DNA of 64,000 nucleotides, taken from the NCBI GenBank assembly GCA_041661385.1, contig JBAZUP010000001.1, forward strand, positions 354,560-418,559. The letters are read 5' to 3'. This document shows positions 11,175-19,455 of this stretch, piece after piece. Within the stretch, counting starts at the first letter, position 1. Each line of letters starts with the position of its first letter. The position numbers were made by a program, and so were the translations under genes. The notes beneath the pieces were generated by a model. That model made no database searches, was not told where the DNA came from, and saw only the letters and a program-made list of their open reading frames with translations. This stretch comes from Patescibacteria group bacterium. GTDB taxonomy: Bacteria > Patescibacteriota > Patescibacteriia > Magasanikbacterales > GWA2-37-8.

Positions 11175-12632
11175 TTATATTGATTCTTTATATTTTTTTG
11201 TCCTCGTTCTTTTTTTAGTTGATTTTATTTTAAACGGATGTAATAAAATATCCTCATCAATTGTAGATTTAGTATCCCCACCTCCGGCGGCAGTAATAAA
11301 ATTTTCATGCATTTTTTGAAGTTCAGCTTCCGGCAATTCGGTAAAAGCCGCAGTCGCCACTTCCGAACCTTCTCGAAATTCTTGGTCTTTAATTAAAACA
11401 TCCGGATGGACCTGAAACGCCCGTTCGTTCCAGCCTAATAAATGTAAACCGGTCAAACGCCTAACTCGCGAAAGCGCGACATACCCTTGGCCGAATTCAA
11501 AAACCGCGCCAAGGTCCATTACCGCCTCATCCAAACTCATGCCTTGGCTTTTGTGAATGGTAATCGCCCAAGCCAGCCGAAGCGGCAATTGGATAATTCT
11601 CGCGCGCACCTGATTTCCTTCTTCCACCGACCACTCCATCGAATCAACTGTTATTTCTCTGCCGTCACGCATTCTGACAATCGGCAATTTAGTGGTCTGA
11701 TTAAAATCGATTACTGTGCCGAGTGTTCCATTTACAAATCCTTCTTTATTATTATTTTTTGTAAACATTACCTCCGCTCCAACTTTTAAATTTAAAATTT
11801 CCGGCGACAAACAACCCCTTTTCAAAGCTTCCGCAAGCGATTTCGAACCGTGCGCTGTCATAATATATTGCTCTGACCGACCGACAATTTTTTCAAGCAT
11901 CGCATTATTCACCAAATCAACATCGACATTATGTGAATAAATTTTTAAAATATTATTGTGGACTTTCTCGTGAGCCACTTTTCTTGTTTCAATTAATTTT
12001 AAATGATCCGAATCAAAAATATTTTTACGAATCGCGGTAAGTATGGCAAAAAAACCATTATCATCCTGGCGATGCTGTTCAGTTAAATAACAGGTCATGA
12101 AGTTCGCTTTTTTCCAAGACGAAGAATCATAAGCGAAACGTTCGGGCGGATTATTGATGAGAGTGGGTTGAGTTTTGACCGTTTCAAATCTATTTACTAT
12201 TGGCGGTAATTGAAAAAAATCACCTACTAAAATGATTTGTAAACCGCCAAACGGTTCAGTAGACTCTTTTATTCCCCGGCAAACCGCATCCACCTTGGCG
12301 AGCGTATCGGGCGCGAGCATCGACACTTCGTCGATAATAAGAATCTTTGCCCGACTGATACGTTTTACAATATATTCACTCGACGTAATTCGATCAAGAT
12401 CATATTTGCTAAAAGTATTTTTTATTCCAATACCACTCCAAGAATGAATCGTCATGCCGCCAATATGCGTCGCGGCAATACCAGTCGACGCTGTGACCGA
12501 TGGAGCAATTCCTCGCGCACGCAAATAATTCGTATACTGATTTATCGTATGCGTCTTGCCGGAACCAGGTTCACCTGTTAAAAAAACATTAGCACCGGTT
12601 TTTAATATCATGAGCGCTTCTTCCTGTGTCAT
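11175..12632 (-). CDS. Pif1/RecD-like SF1 DNA helicase
   Basis: 485 aa. Walker A LTGEPGSGKTH. Walker B ILIIDEVSML. Motif QLPPI. C-terminal UvrD_C-like region (ITIHKSQGMSLD). Confidence 0.75.
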   Translation of the reverse strand: MTQEEALMILKTGANVFLTGEPGSGKTHTINQYTNYLRARGIAPSVTASTGIAATHIGGMTIHSWSGIGIKNTFSKYDLDRITSSEYIVKRISRAKILIIDEVSMLAPDTLAKVDAVCRGIKESTEPFGGLQIILVGDFFQLPPIVNRFETVKTQPTLINNPPERFAYDSSSWKKANFMTCYLTEQHRQDDNGFFAILTAIRKNIFDSDHLKLIETRKVAHEKVHNNILKIYSHNVDVDLVNNAMLEKIVGRSEQYIMTAHGSKSLAEALKRGCLSPEILNLKVGAEVMFTKNNNKEGFVNGTLGTVIDFNQTTKLPIVRMRDGREITVDSMEWSVEEGNQVRARIIQLPLRLAWAITIHKSQGMSLDEAVMDLGAVFEFGQGYVALSRVRRLTGLHLLGWNERAFQVHPDVLIKDQEFREGSEVATAAFTELPEAELQKMHENFITAAGGGDTKSTIDEDILLHPFKIKSTKKRTRTKKYKESI

Positions 12633-12692
12633 AATTTTAAATTAGCACTCATTTTATCATTTTTTATGCAAAAAGTAAACCGGCAACCCAAC

Positions 12693-12723
12693 AAAAAACC
12701 GGTTCATTTTTAACCGGTTTTTG
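12693..12723 (-). terminator. Intrinsic terminator (aaaaaccggttcatttttaaccggttttt)
   Basis: 10-bp stem aaccggtt.../...aaccggtt flanked by T-run. Downstream of the stop of minus gene 12739..13218. Confidence 0.45.
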
Positions 12724-12738
12724 TTAATAAACAAATTC

Positions 12739-13218
12739 TTAATTCCATTTTTTACGACCAACAAACAAATACTCTTTCCAAACCATCCAAACAATCAAAG
12801 CGTCGATTACTGTTAAAACCAATAGCCAAATTGAATGCGTAAAATTAAAACGATATATTTGGTAAAAAATAAAGGCGGTAAAAACAAAAATTGATGCCGG
12901 GTACGCCCATAGCTTGTTTTTTAATAAACCGATTATAACTGCGAGTTTAACAATGCCGTGAGACAACAAGTAAAAAACTATAAACTGCTGGGTTCCTTGA
13001 AAAAAAGTGTGAGAAAAATTAATAAGATAGTTAGCAACGATGTCTTTTGGGTCTTCACCAAGTTCCGAACTCGTTATAATATAAATAAATTTTACTATAT
13101 TATAATTACTGGTAAAGTAAAAAAGTAAACCGCCGATAATTTCAACAACTGCAAAAGCGCTTTTAAACCACAAGCTGATTTTTAAAAGAAAATGTATAGT
13201 TTTTTCGCGAATTGGCAT
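12739..13218 (-). CDS. Hypothetical polytopic membrane protein (DUF2127-like)
   Basis: 159 aa with 4 predicted TM helices. Weak resemblance to small conserved membrane proteins; family assignment from memory only. Confidence 0.35.
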   Translation of the reverse strand: MPIREKTIHFLLKISLWFKSAFAVVEIIGGLLFYFTSNYNIVKFIYIITSSELGEDPKDIVANYLINFSHTFFQGTQQFIVFYLLSHGIVKLAVIIGLLKNKLWAYPASIFVFTAFIFYQIYRFNFTHSIWLLVLTVIDALIVWMVWKEYLFVGRKKWN

Positions 13219-13223
13219 ATAAT

Positions 13224-13796
13224 TTAAACCTTTAGCAAGCCGCGGAATCCTCTAACGCCATAATATGATTCCGCACCATTGTGATACACAAAGACCTGAC
13301 CATAGCGACAATCACAAAATAAAGCGCCGCCAAGTTTTCTAATTTCGGCGGGTGTCTTAACCCAACTTGATGTTTTCGTATCAAAATTTCCAAGCTTCTG
13401 CAACTCGCGATATTGTTCTTCGGTTAAAATCTCAATACCCATGCTCACCGCCATATCAATAGCATTATTTTTTGGCTTGTGTTCTTTTCTCGAATCTAGC
13501 GCTTCACGATCGTAACAAATACTTCTGCGATCAATCGGAGATTCCGCCGAACAATCATAAAAAATATATTCATCAGTTTTTTTATCAAACCCTACAACAT
13601 CCGGCTCACCGCCGGTTTTTTCCATTTCAAAGAGTGGCCACAATTTTTCTGGTTTGGCCTCCAGCTTTGATTGCACCTTTTTCCACTCAAGACCCTTGTG
13701 GCGCTTCATGTTTTTCTCAAAACGAACATTCAAAGTCTTTAGCAGTTCTTCGCCTTGTTCTTGTGGTAACTTCTTATTGTTATTAATTTTTGTCAT
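13224..13796 (-). CDS. DUF4256-like protein
   Basis: 190 aa. Motifs TGGEPDVVGFDKKTDEYIFYDCSAESP and KLGGALFCDCRYGQVFVYHNGAESYYGVRGFRG recalled as typical of DUF4256. The repeated leader element lies immediately 5' of this gene. Confidence 0.45.
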   Translation of the reverse strand: MTKINNNKKLPQEQGEELLKTLNVRFEKNMKRHKGLEWKKVQSKLEAKPEKLWPLFEMEKTGGEPDVVGFDKKTDEYIFYDCSAESPIDRRSICYDREALDSRKEHKPKNNAIDMAVSMGIEILTEEQYRELQKLGNFDTKTSSWVKTPAEIRKLGGALFCDCRYGQVFVYHNGAESYYGVRGFRGLLKV

Positions 13797-13797
13797 A

Positions 13798-13879
13798 TTC
13801 GAAATGAGTGAGCGAAATGTTTGGCTTGCAAAACATTTCCGAGCGAATGAGAATATATGTGGCGAAGCCCCTATATATA
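13798..13879. repeat. ~82-nt repeated leader element, copy 1 (conserved flanks, variable central hairpin)
   Basis: ttcgaaatgagtgagcgaa-[gaaatgttt ggcttgca aaacatttc]-cgagcgaatgagaatatatgtggcgaagcccctatatata. Near-identical flanks recur at 45026..45176. It sits 2 nt upstream of the start codon of the minus-strand gene (…TTCGAATATG). Confidence 0.6.
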
Positions 13880-13984
13880 ATTAATGGTAATAGGTATTAT
13901 ACGCCTGCAAATAAAAAAGGCCAGCATTTCTGTTGGTCGTTTTTTGCAGCGAGGATACGAAAAATTACGAAACGAATTTAAGGA

Positions 13985-14068
13985 TTAGGGCGGGCGGAAG
14001 GAGGCCTGCCCGCAATACTACGCATAGCGTTGCAGGCGGGGGTTTGGGGAGGAATTCCGCCCGCCCTG
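13985..14068. repeat. GC-rich structured element bounded by a perfect 13-bp inverted repeat (AGGGCGGGCGGAA / TTCCGCCCGCCCT)
   Basis: 55-65% GC segment inside a ~35% GC genome, with nested GC stems (gcctgc...gcaggc). Follows the stop of the minus gene 14093..15130, so it may act as a long-stem terminator. Confidence 0.4.
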
Positions 14069-14092
14069 GGGCCCGCGCGCTTTTTGACGATT

Positions 14093-15130
14093 TCAAGTTT
14101 TTCCGTTTTTATTGTTACTCGACATCACATTATTGTCCTGGCTGATGCCTAAATCAGAACTTGAATTAAACTCGTTCAAAACATCATTAATATCAACAAA
14201 TTGTTTAATTTCCGATTCGCCGCTTTCTAAATCTATGACAATGTGCCCCAAGGATGTTTTTACGGCATTTTGCTTTAGCGAATTTTCTCCCGACGAGTAA
14301 TTAGAATCATAATATCGTTTATCAACATCGGTTCTATTTTCATCTGAGTCTTCCTCTCTCCGTTTTTCGGAAATAATATTCAGCCTTGTTTTATTTCCCT
14401 TAATCTCTTGAAATAATCGCTCAGAAAAAGATGTTACCAGCCCGTGGTGTGGAGTAATTAAAAAATCAATTCCAATTTCATTCAGCTGGTTTTTGAATTC
14501 AGTATTGTTTTCAATCAAGTACTCCATACCTTCTTTTAGAATATCTCCAGGCATTAAAACGCTCTTAGCTTCTAATTGAATAAACAGAAGAAGGCTTATA
14601 TTATTTGCGTATCCGGGTTTTAAAATTTCAGAATTTCCACACTCATTTGGTTTAATATAGAACAATTTTACCACCTCTGGAATGGTTGAAACCAAGGGGT
14701 TGGACGGAGACATTCCGAAAGGGTTGCCAGGAACATTTGCAGTCCTTTTTTTCATATCAGAAAGTACCAACTTCCTAATTTCATTTTCTCCAGTAATAAA
14801 ATTAATAATTATTTTAAAAATACTATCTTGGGTTTCGTTGTCGTTCGGACAAGTCATGTAATTTGGATGAAATCTTTCCCTAAATATTTCATAATCAGAT
14901 ATGTGGTCATTATCCAAATGACTAAGAAACAACTGGTCTATGTAGAACTTGTCAGGACTACCAAAAGTATCCGCTTTTCTAAAGGATCGGCTGTGTGCCA
15001 AAGGAATCAAAAAATTTTCTACCGGAGAAAATTCGGAACTCTTTCCGAGATCAATTACCAATTTTTTATCATCAATTTCAGCATAGGATGACAATGCCCC
15101 GCCTACATTAAAAATTGCAATCTTTTTCAT
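14093..15130 (-). CDS. Degenerate MBL-fold (metallo-beta-lactamase-like) hydrolase
   Basis: 345 aa. N-terminal IAIFNVGGALSSYAEIDDKKLVIDLG. Motif SHLDNDH (H-x-D-x-D-H in place of HxHxDH). Late ITPHHG motif typical of ComEC/MBL hydrolases. Confidence 0.4.
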   Translation of the reverse strand: MKKIAIFNVGGALSSYAEIDDKKLVIDLGKSSEFSPVENFLIPLAHSRSFRKADTFGSPDKFYIDQLFLSHLDNDHISDYEIFRERFHPNYMTCPNDNETQDSIFKIIINFITGENEIRKLVLSDMKKRTANVPGNPFGMSPSNPLVSTIPEVVKLFYIKPNECGNSEILKPGYANNISLLLFIQLEAKSVLMPGDILKEGMEYLIENNTEFKNQLNEIGIDFLITPHHGLVTSFSERLFQEIKGNKTRLNIISEKRREEDSDENRTDVDKRYYDSNYSSGENSLKQNAVKTSLGHIVIDLESGESEIKQFVDINDVLNEFNSSSDLGISQDNNVMSSNNKNGKT

Positions 15131-15798
15131 ATTTTCTTTAAACTCAACAATACGGTTTTAAAAACTAATCCTCGAGCCAAGCCTCTGCCTCTCCATAAAA
15201 AAATAACAAACAATAATGAACTTAAAATACTATAATAAAAGTATTTATTAACTAATAAAATAACGGCTATAATAAAAAATTCCAAAGAAATCACTCGCAC
15301 AAACAAATAATTTCTGTTTGCCGTTTTTATTTCATCAGTTTCACTTACATGAGAGTAAAGTTTCCAAAAAATACTCTGAGACATATCATCATTATTTTTA
15401 TCCTTTTTCCACCACCAAAAAGACAAATCAGAATATTTCTGGTTAAAAGGGCGTAACACCGCTTCTTCTAATTTAATATCTTTTACCAATTCATTTCTTT
15501 TATTCTCATTCTTTATTACTGGATTACAACTGTATAAAAAGACTTCTGACGGTCTTCGTAATTTAAAAAAGATATCTATGACCCACTCTATCTCGTGAGC
15601 AATGGTTTGCAGCACCTCCCCAGCAATGAACGCGGAACAAAAAAACAAAAATGTGTAAAGAAAATCCAAATTTTCGTTAAAGCCAAAATTAATTTTATCT
15701 ACAAATATAAAAAATAGGATTAACAATAAAAATCCGCCAGGCATTACCTTAATGACCAAGTCTTCTAATGAGAATTTTTCTACCATAATATTAAACAA
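15127..15798 (-). CDS. Hypothetical membrane protein
   Basis: 223 aa with N- and C-terminal TM helices. Overlaps the downstream gene by 4 nt (operonic). Confidence 0.35.
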   Translation of the reverse strand: MFNIMVEKFSLEDLVIKVMPGGFLLLILFFIFVDKINFGFNENLDFLYTFLFFCSAFIAGEVLQTIAHEIEWVIDIFFKLRRPSEVFLYSCNPVIKNENKRNELVKDIKLEEAVLRPFNQKYSDLSFWWWKKDKNNDDMSQSIFWKLYSHVSETDEIKTANRNYLFVRVISLEFFIIAVILLVNKYFYYSILSSLLFVIFLWRGRGLARGLVFKTVLLSLKKI

Positions 15799-15825
15799 TA
15801 ATGATTTGTAGAATCTACAAACTCA

Positions 15826-16491
15826 CTACAAACCTAAGGCGGTTAGCTTTTGATCAATATAGTCGGAGCCTTGTGTTTCTCGCGGAAACGATCCGTCGGC
15901 ATTAAAGAATGTAATCTCTTTTTCAGGGTGGGTGGCCTTCTTTGGAAAGAAAGATGTAATTTTTTCAATATCAGTAAATGGCGCTTTTTCTATTTCTTCT
16001 CCTTCGATTTCTGCAGTATGAGCTCCCGAAGACAATGATTTGGTATTTGGTCTCTCCTTTATAAGCTCGCCCATTCTCGTAGCTGCTAACTGCCAATAAG
16101 TCGCGAGAGCTATTTCATGTTCAACGATAGATCCTTCATGGAATTTTTCAAGGTGTTCCAATAACTCTTTTGTGACATCCCAAAGAGAATCATATTTCAT
16201 TGAACCCTCGGAGTAATCAATTTTAGTTGACTCTCCGATCATAAGTAAAAACATTGATTTAAGTAAATAGTCTTTTCCGTCTATATTACTTTGTCGAGAA
16301 AATACCTCAATCCAACTGTCATCAATTTTTTCAAATAAATGAGGGTAATCTTTAAATCTTTCTTTCCTTTTTAGCTCGTATTCAGCATTAGATTTCTCGC
16401 TTGCAATCGCTTCTTTCTCGTCTTCTTTCTGGCGATAAATCCGCCAGAGTATATAGGCTATTATTGCCAACAAAATATAAACTAAAGTCAT
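15826..16491 (-). CDS. Hypothetical protein with N-terminal TM anchor
   Basis: 221 aa. TM helix LVYILLAIIAYILWRI followed by a charged soluble domain. Confidence 0.35.
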   Translation of the reverse strand: MTLVYILLAIIAYILWRIYRQKEDEKEAIASEKSNAEYELKRKERFKDYPHLFEKIDDSWIEVFSRQSNIDGKDYLLKSMFLLMIGESTKIDYSEGSMKYDSLWDVTKELLEHLEKFHEGSIVEHEIALATYWQLAATRMGELIKERPNTKSLSSGAHTAEIEGEEIEKAPFTDIEKITSFFPKKATHPEKEITFFNADGSFPRETQGSDYIDQKLTALGL

Positions 16492-16499
16492 AAATTTAT

Positions 16500-17105
16500 C
16501 TAAAAAATAAGTGATAGATAATTTCGGAATTTAATTATAACCCCAATAATTAGAAAGATGGTAGCTACTACAACAAATTGATTTTTAGACAAACTAGAAA
16601 TTGGAATCTTTTTCCCGTCATTTAAGATTTTAACCAATTTGTTTCTTTCTAAGCATGCGGGGCAAATATACGGATTTGTTGATACAAAAAATATTAATAG
16701 CCCAAATATATTCAGTATGGTAAATAAAAATGCAATTCCAAAGATCCAGCGCGCTTCCCATTTGTATGGTTTTTTAACCTGACCACAACGTTTGCACTCT
16801 ACAAAAATTATATAAGATTTGCTTTTTTCAGGAATAATTAACTTGTTTAAAGAAAGCGCGGATGCAACAGCATTTTTGTTTTGAATTGTTTCTTCGTTTT
16901 GATTAGCAAAATATTCAGCATCAGAGGCAGCTTTAATCTGCTCATCTTTTTTCTGTAAATCTTCAGTTGTTTTTAGATCAGTAAATAATTTTGTCTTTTC
17001 CTCCTCCAAATACTTGTAATATTTTTGCCATTCCACTTCTGGGTCCAAGCCCTCATCCTTCATCCGTTTGACCGCCCTTTGCTCAAAAATTTTTTCGTCC
17101 GTCAT
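16500..17105 (-). CDS. Hypothetical protein with zinc-ribbon-like CxxC...CxxC pair and a TM segment
   Basis: 201 aa. CKRCGQ...ICPACLERN flanking a hydrophobic helix. Confidence 0.35.
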   Translation of the reverse strand: MTDEKIFEQRAVKRMKDEGLDPEVEWQKYYKYLEEEKTKLFTDLKTTEDLQKKDEQIKAASDAEYFANQNEETIQNKNAVASALSLNKLIIPEKSKSYIIFVECKRCGQVKKPYKWEARWIFGIAFLFTILNIFGLLIFFVSTNPYICPACLERNKLVKILNDGKKIPISSLSKNQFVVVATIFLIIGVIIKFRNYLSLIF

Positions 17106-17122
17106 AAATTTTTATTAGTTTT

Positions 17123-17575
17123 TCAATTAAAAAATTTATCAATAGCCGATAATGTACTGAATAAATTTAGTCCCGGCAGAAGTTTATCAGTAAACGCAAA
17201 AATAAGCACAAGTGTAAACATAAAAAGAATTAAGCCGGCGACAGGAATTAAAGACAGCAATTTTTTAATGCCCTTTTGTTGATTTAGTAATTTAATAAAA
17301 TAATAAAATAGCGTACCGACGACAACGAGATCAATGGCATACAGCCACCATATGAAAACTAACGAAAAAGTTGATACTCCTTCAGATGCCGCCGAGTGAA
17401 AAAAAGAGGATGCCAATAAAAATATTGTGGTTTTTAGAAAAGTCCAACCGACAGGAGCAAAAAAACTATAGATTACATAAACAAGCAAAAGAAGTCGCAA
17501 TGGCAAAAGAAAATCCCTTTTTAAAACATCATGCAAGAAAAATGATTTGACCTGGTCATATTGAGAGTTCTTCAT
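17123..17575 (-). CDS. Hypothetical polytopic membrane protein
   Basis: 150 aa with 4 predicted TM helices. Confidence 0.35.
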   Translation of the reverse strand: MKNSQYDQVKSFFLHDVLKRDFLLPLRLLLLVYVIYSFFAPVGWTFLKTTIFLLASSFFHSAASEGVSTFSLVFIWWLYAIDLVVVGTLFYYFIKLLNQQKGIKKLLSLIPVAGLILFMFTLVLIFAFTDKLLPGLNLFSTLSAIDKFFN

Positions 17576-17583
17576 ATGTAAAA

Positions 17584-17781
17584 CTACATAATTAAATCAT
17601 CAATACTTATCTCAAGTGCTTTTGCAATTTTCTTGAGAGTATCTAGAGTAGGATTTTGGTTTTTTCCTGACTCAATTTTAATAATCGTGTTATTTGCCAC
17701 ATCGGCTAATCTGGCCAATTTTTCTTGTGATAATTTTTTGTCTTCTCTAAGTTTTCGTAAATTTGTGTTAATGTTTGACAT
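17584..17781 (-). CDS. XRE-family (Cro/cI-type) helix-turn-helix transcriptional regulator
   Basis: 65 aa. LSQEKLARLADVANNTIIKIESGKNQNPTLDTLKKIAKALEISIDDL is a canonical HTH_3 signature. First gene of a tightly packed minus-strand operon running 17781 to 14093. Confidence 0.7.
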   Translation of the reverse strand: MSNINTNLRKLREDKKLSQEKLARLADVANNTIIKIESGKNQNPTLDTLKKIAKALEISIDDLIM

Positions 17782-17926
17782 ACCTACATCAGAATAGTAG
17801 AATTAAAGTGGTAGTAATATTTCTTTTCTAGTACTTTAAAGCTACACCCAAAATTCGAAATAGACAAGGGAGTTCCAACCCCCTCTGCGCATAGGTCAAG
17901 TTCCACTCCATAATATCTTACAAAAT

Positions 17927-17956
17927 AAAATAACTCCTTATTTAAGGAGTTATTTT
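17927..17956. terminator. Palindromic intrinsic terminator (aaaataactccttatttaaggagttatttt)
   Basis: Perfect 12-bp stem with A/T flanks. Lies downstream of the 18100..22895 operon and upstream of the XRE operon promoter. Confidence 0.45.
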
Positions 17957-18099
17957 ATTTGCAGGACAGTCCGGTCTAGAACTTTTTATGGTGAGGCCGT
18001 TGAGGGCTTCTTGAAGGGTCGCTTCCCCTTCTATATAATCCCTCTCGGTCGGGGTCTAAAATGCGACAAATGCGACAGAGCTAACAATATATGATGACC

Positions 18100-18852
18100 T
18101 TATTTTTTTATTGTATTTTCAGCCAAAATGGTTCTTCTTTTAAATTCTTTTAGAATATCATTTGAGTCAATTGATTTTCTAAAATGAAAACAACTCGCTT
18201 GATTTTTCTCCGGAACAACATAATCAATCAAACTCTTCCCGTCTGGATCCCCACAGTGAACTTGATGGACAAATTGCTTACTATATTTTTCTCTATCATT
18301 ATAGTCACAATAATAAATGATCTTGTCGGTACTTAGCTGGAATACATGGGAATCCCCGTGGCCAAAAAAATATACTTCTTTTATACTTTTATCACTCATT
18401 ATTTTCTCAATATCTTTAACATTTGCCATAGTATAAAATGAAAACCTCTTACCTTCTATTTTTAACAATTCAACTAACGCAACAATTTCGCTTTTTAAAT
18501 AATTATGTTTAATCCAAGCTTCCAACTTAAACCAGTCTGATTGCCCTAAAACAATGACGGTTTCCGCAGGAATGTTTTGTTCAAAAGTATTAATATACTT
18601 GTGTATTAAATGGTCCTGGATTGGAATTATAATTGCAAATATTGGTGAGAGAAAAAACCTCAAAAAATCATCCCAGAAAATCAAGGTTCCATAAACCATT
18701 ACAAAAAATACATGTACATAAACAACAGAAAGAAAACCATACCCCTTAATTACCAAAACACCCAAACAAAAAATATAAACAAAAAATTGAATCAACCCCA
18801 CATCGGTTCTTCTCAAAATTTTTTCTACTTTTTTCATAAAAATTTCAACCAA
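18100..18852 (-). CDS. Membrane protein with two N-terminal TM helices and a C-terminal soluble domain containing GHGDSH and downstream Cys motifs; candidate effector/accessory of the adjacent CBASS-like operon
   Basis: 250 aa. TM helices FFVYIFCLGVLVIKGYGFLSVVYV and VFFVMVYGTLIFW. C-terminal VYFFGHGDSHVFQLS…IIYYCDY…VHCGDPDG. Start codon 6 nt after the stop of the upstream gene. Confidence 0.45.
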   Translation of the reverse strand: MVEIFMKKVEKILRRTDVGLIQFFVYIFCLGVLVIKGYGFLSVVYVHVFFVMVYGTLIFWDDFLRFFLSPIFAIIIPIQDHLIHKYINTFEQNIPAETVIVLGQSDWFKLEAWIKHNYLKSEIVALVELLKIEGKRFSFYTMANVKDIEKIMSDKSIKEVYFFGHGDSHVFQLSTDKIIYYCDYNDREKYSKQFVHQVHCGDPDGKSLIDYVVPEKNQASCFHFRKSIDSNDILKEFKRRTILAENTIKK

Positions 18853-18858
18853 TAATAG

Positions 18859-19449
18859 CTAGAATGCCCCAATAAATTTAAGCTTCCATCTATCAGTATA
18901 TTTTAGTTCAATTTTTTTATATCTAAATTTATATTTTATAAGACTAAAATTGTCAAAAAGTTGACCCGCATCATCTAAAACACTACTTAGCCCATCTTCC
19001 GTCAAATCATTTGGAATTAATATTCTTAATGACGGTTCAAACGGGCCAGAAATTGTATTTGCCAAGACAATAAATTCACGGTTTTTGCTTTGCAAATACT
19101 TATACGATTTAACGACAACCAATTTTGTAATCTCCCACCCGATGTTGGGCAAAACAAATACCGTAAAAAAATATATACCTGGACCAATCCATGATTCAAT
19201 ACTAAAATAACCGCCGCCGCCCAACATCGGCTCATTTCTTCCTCTAATCAAATCGTTTAATCTAAACTTAAAAAAATGCTTAATCCCAAACCACTTATAA
19301 TTAAAATACCCTTTAATTATATCGATATAATATAATCTACTTTTAAAGTAGATCTTCACCTCGCCATTACCTGCAATCGTTCCCTCTAAATCTTTTAGAA
19401 TTTTATTATTAAGCGATTCATCTGTTACAAATATGGTAGTTTTATCCAT
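18859..19449 (-). CDS. Hypothetical protein in the CBASS-like operon (one central hydrophobic segment)
   Basis: 196 aa, no recognisable motif. Gly-rich loop MLGGGGYF. Hydrophobic stretch IGPGIYFFTVFVLPNIGW. Only a 6-nt gap to the NTase gene stop. Confidence 0.4.
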   Translation of the reverse strand: MDKTTIFVTDESLNNKILKDLEGTIAGNGEVKIYFKSRLYYIDIIKGYFNYKWFGIKHFFKFRLNDLIRGRNEPMLGGGGYFSIESWIGPGIYFFTVFVLPNIGWEITKLVVVKSYKYLQSKNREFIVLANTISGPFEPSLRILIPNDLTEDGLSSVLDDAGQLFDNFSLIKYKFRYKKIELKYTDRWKLKFIGAF

Positions 19450-19455
19450 AATAAT

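Noticed and set aside
13933-14145. 70-aa + ORF across the GC-rich inverted repeat
   Set aside because: Translation is Arg/Gly/Ala-rich purely because of the GC-rich palindrome. No RBS or gene context. Treated as non-coding structure.
17841-17925. tRNA-like or tmRNA-like fragment (gggagttccaacccc…ggtcaagttccactcc) upstream of the XRE gene
   Set aside because: No cloverleaf could be built (T-arm and acceptor pairing fail). More likely TGGAACT operator repeats.
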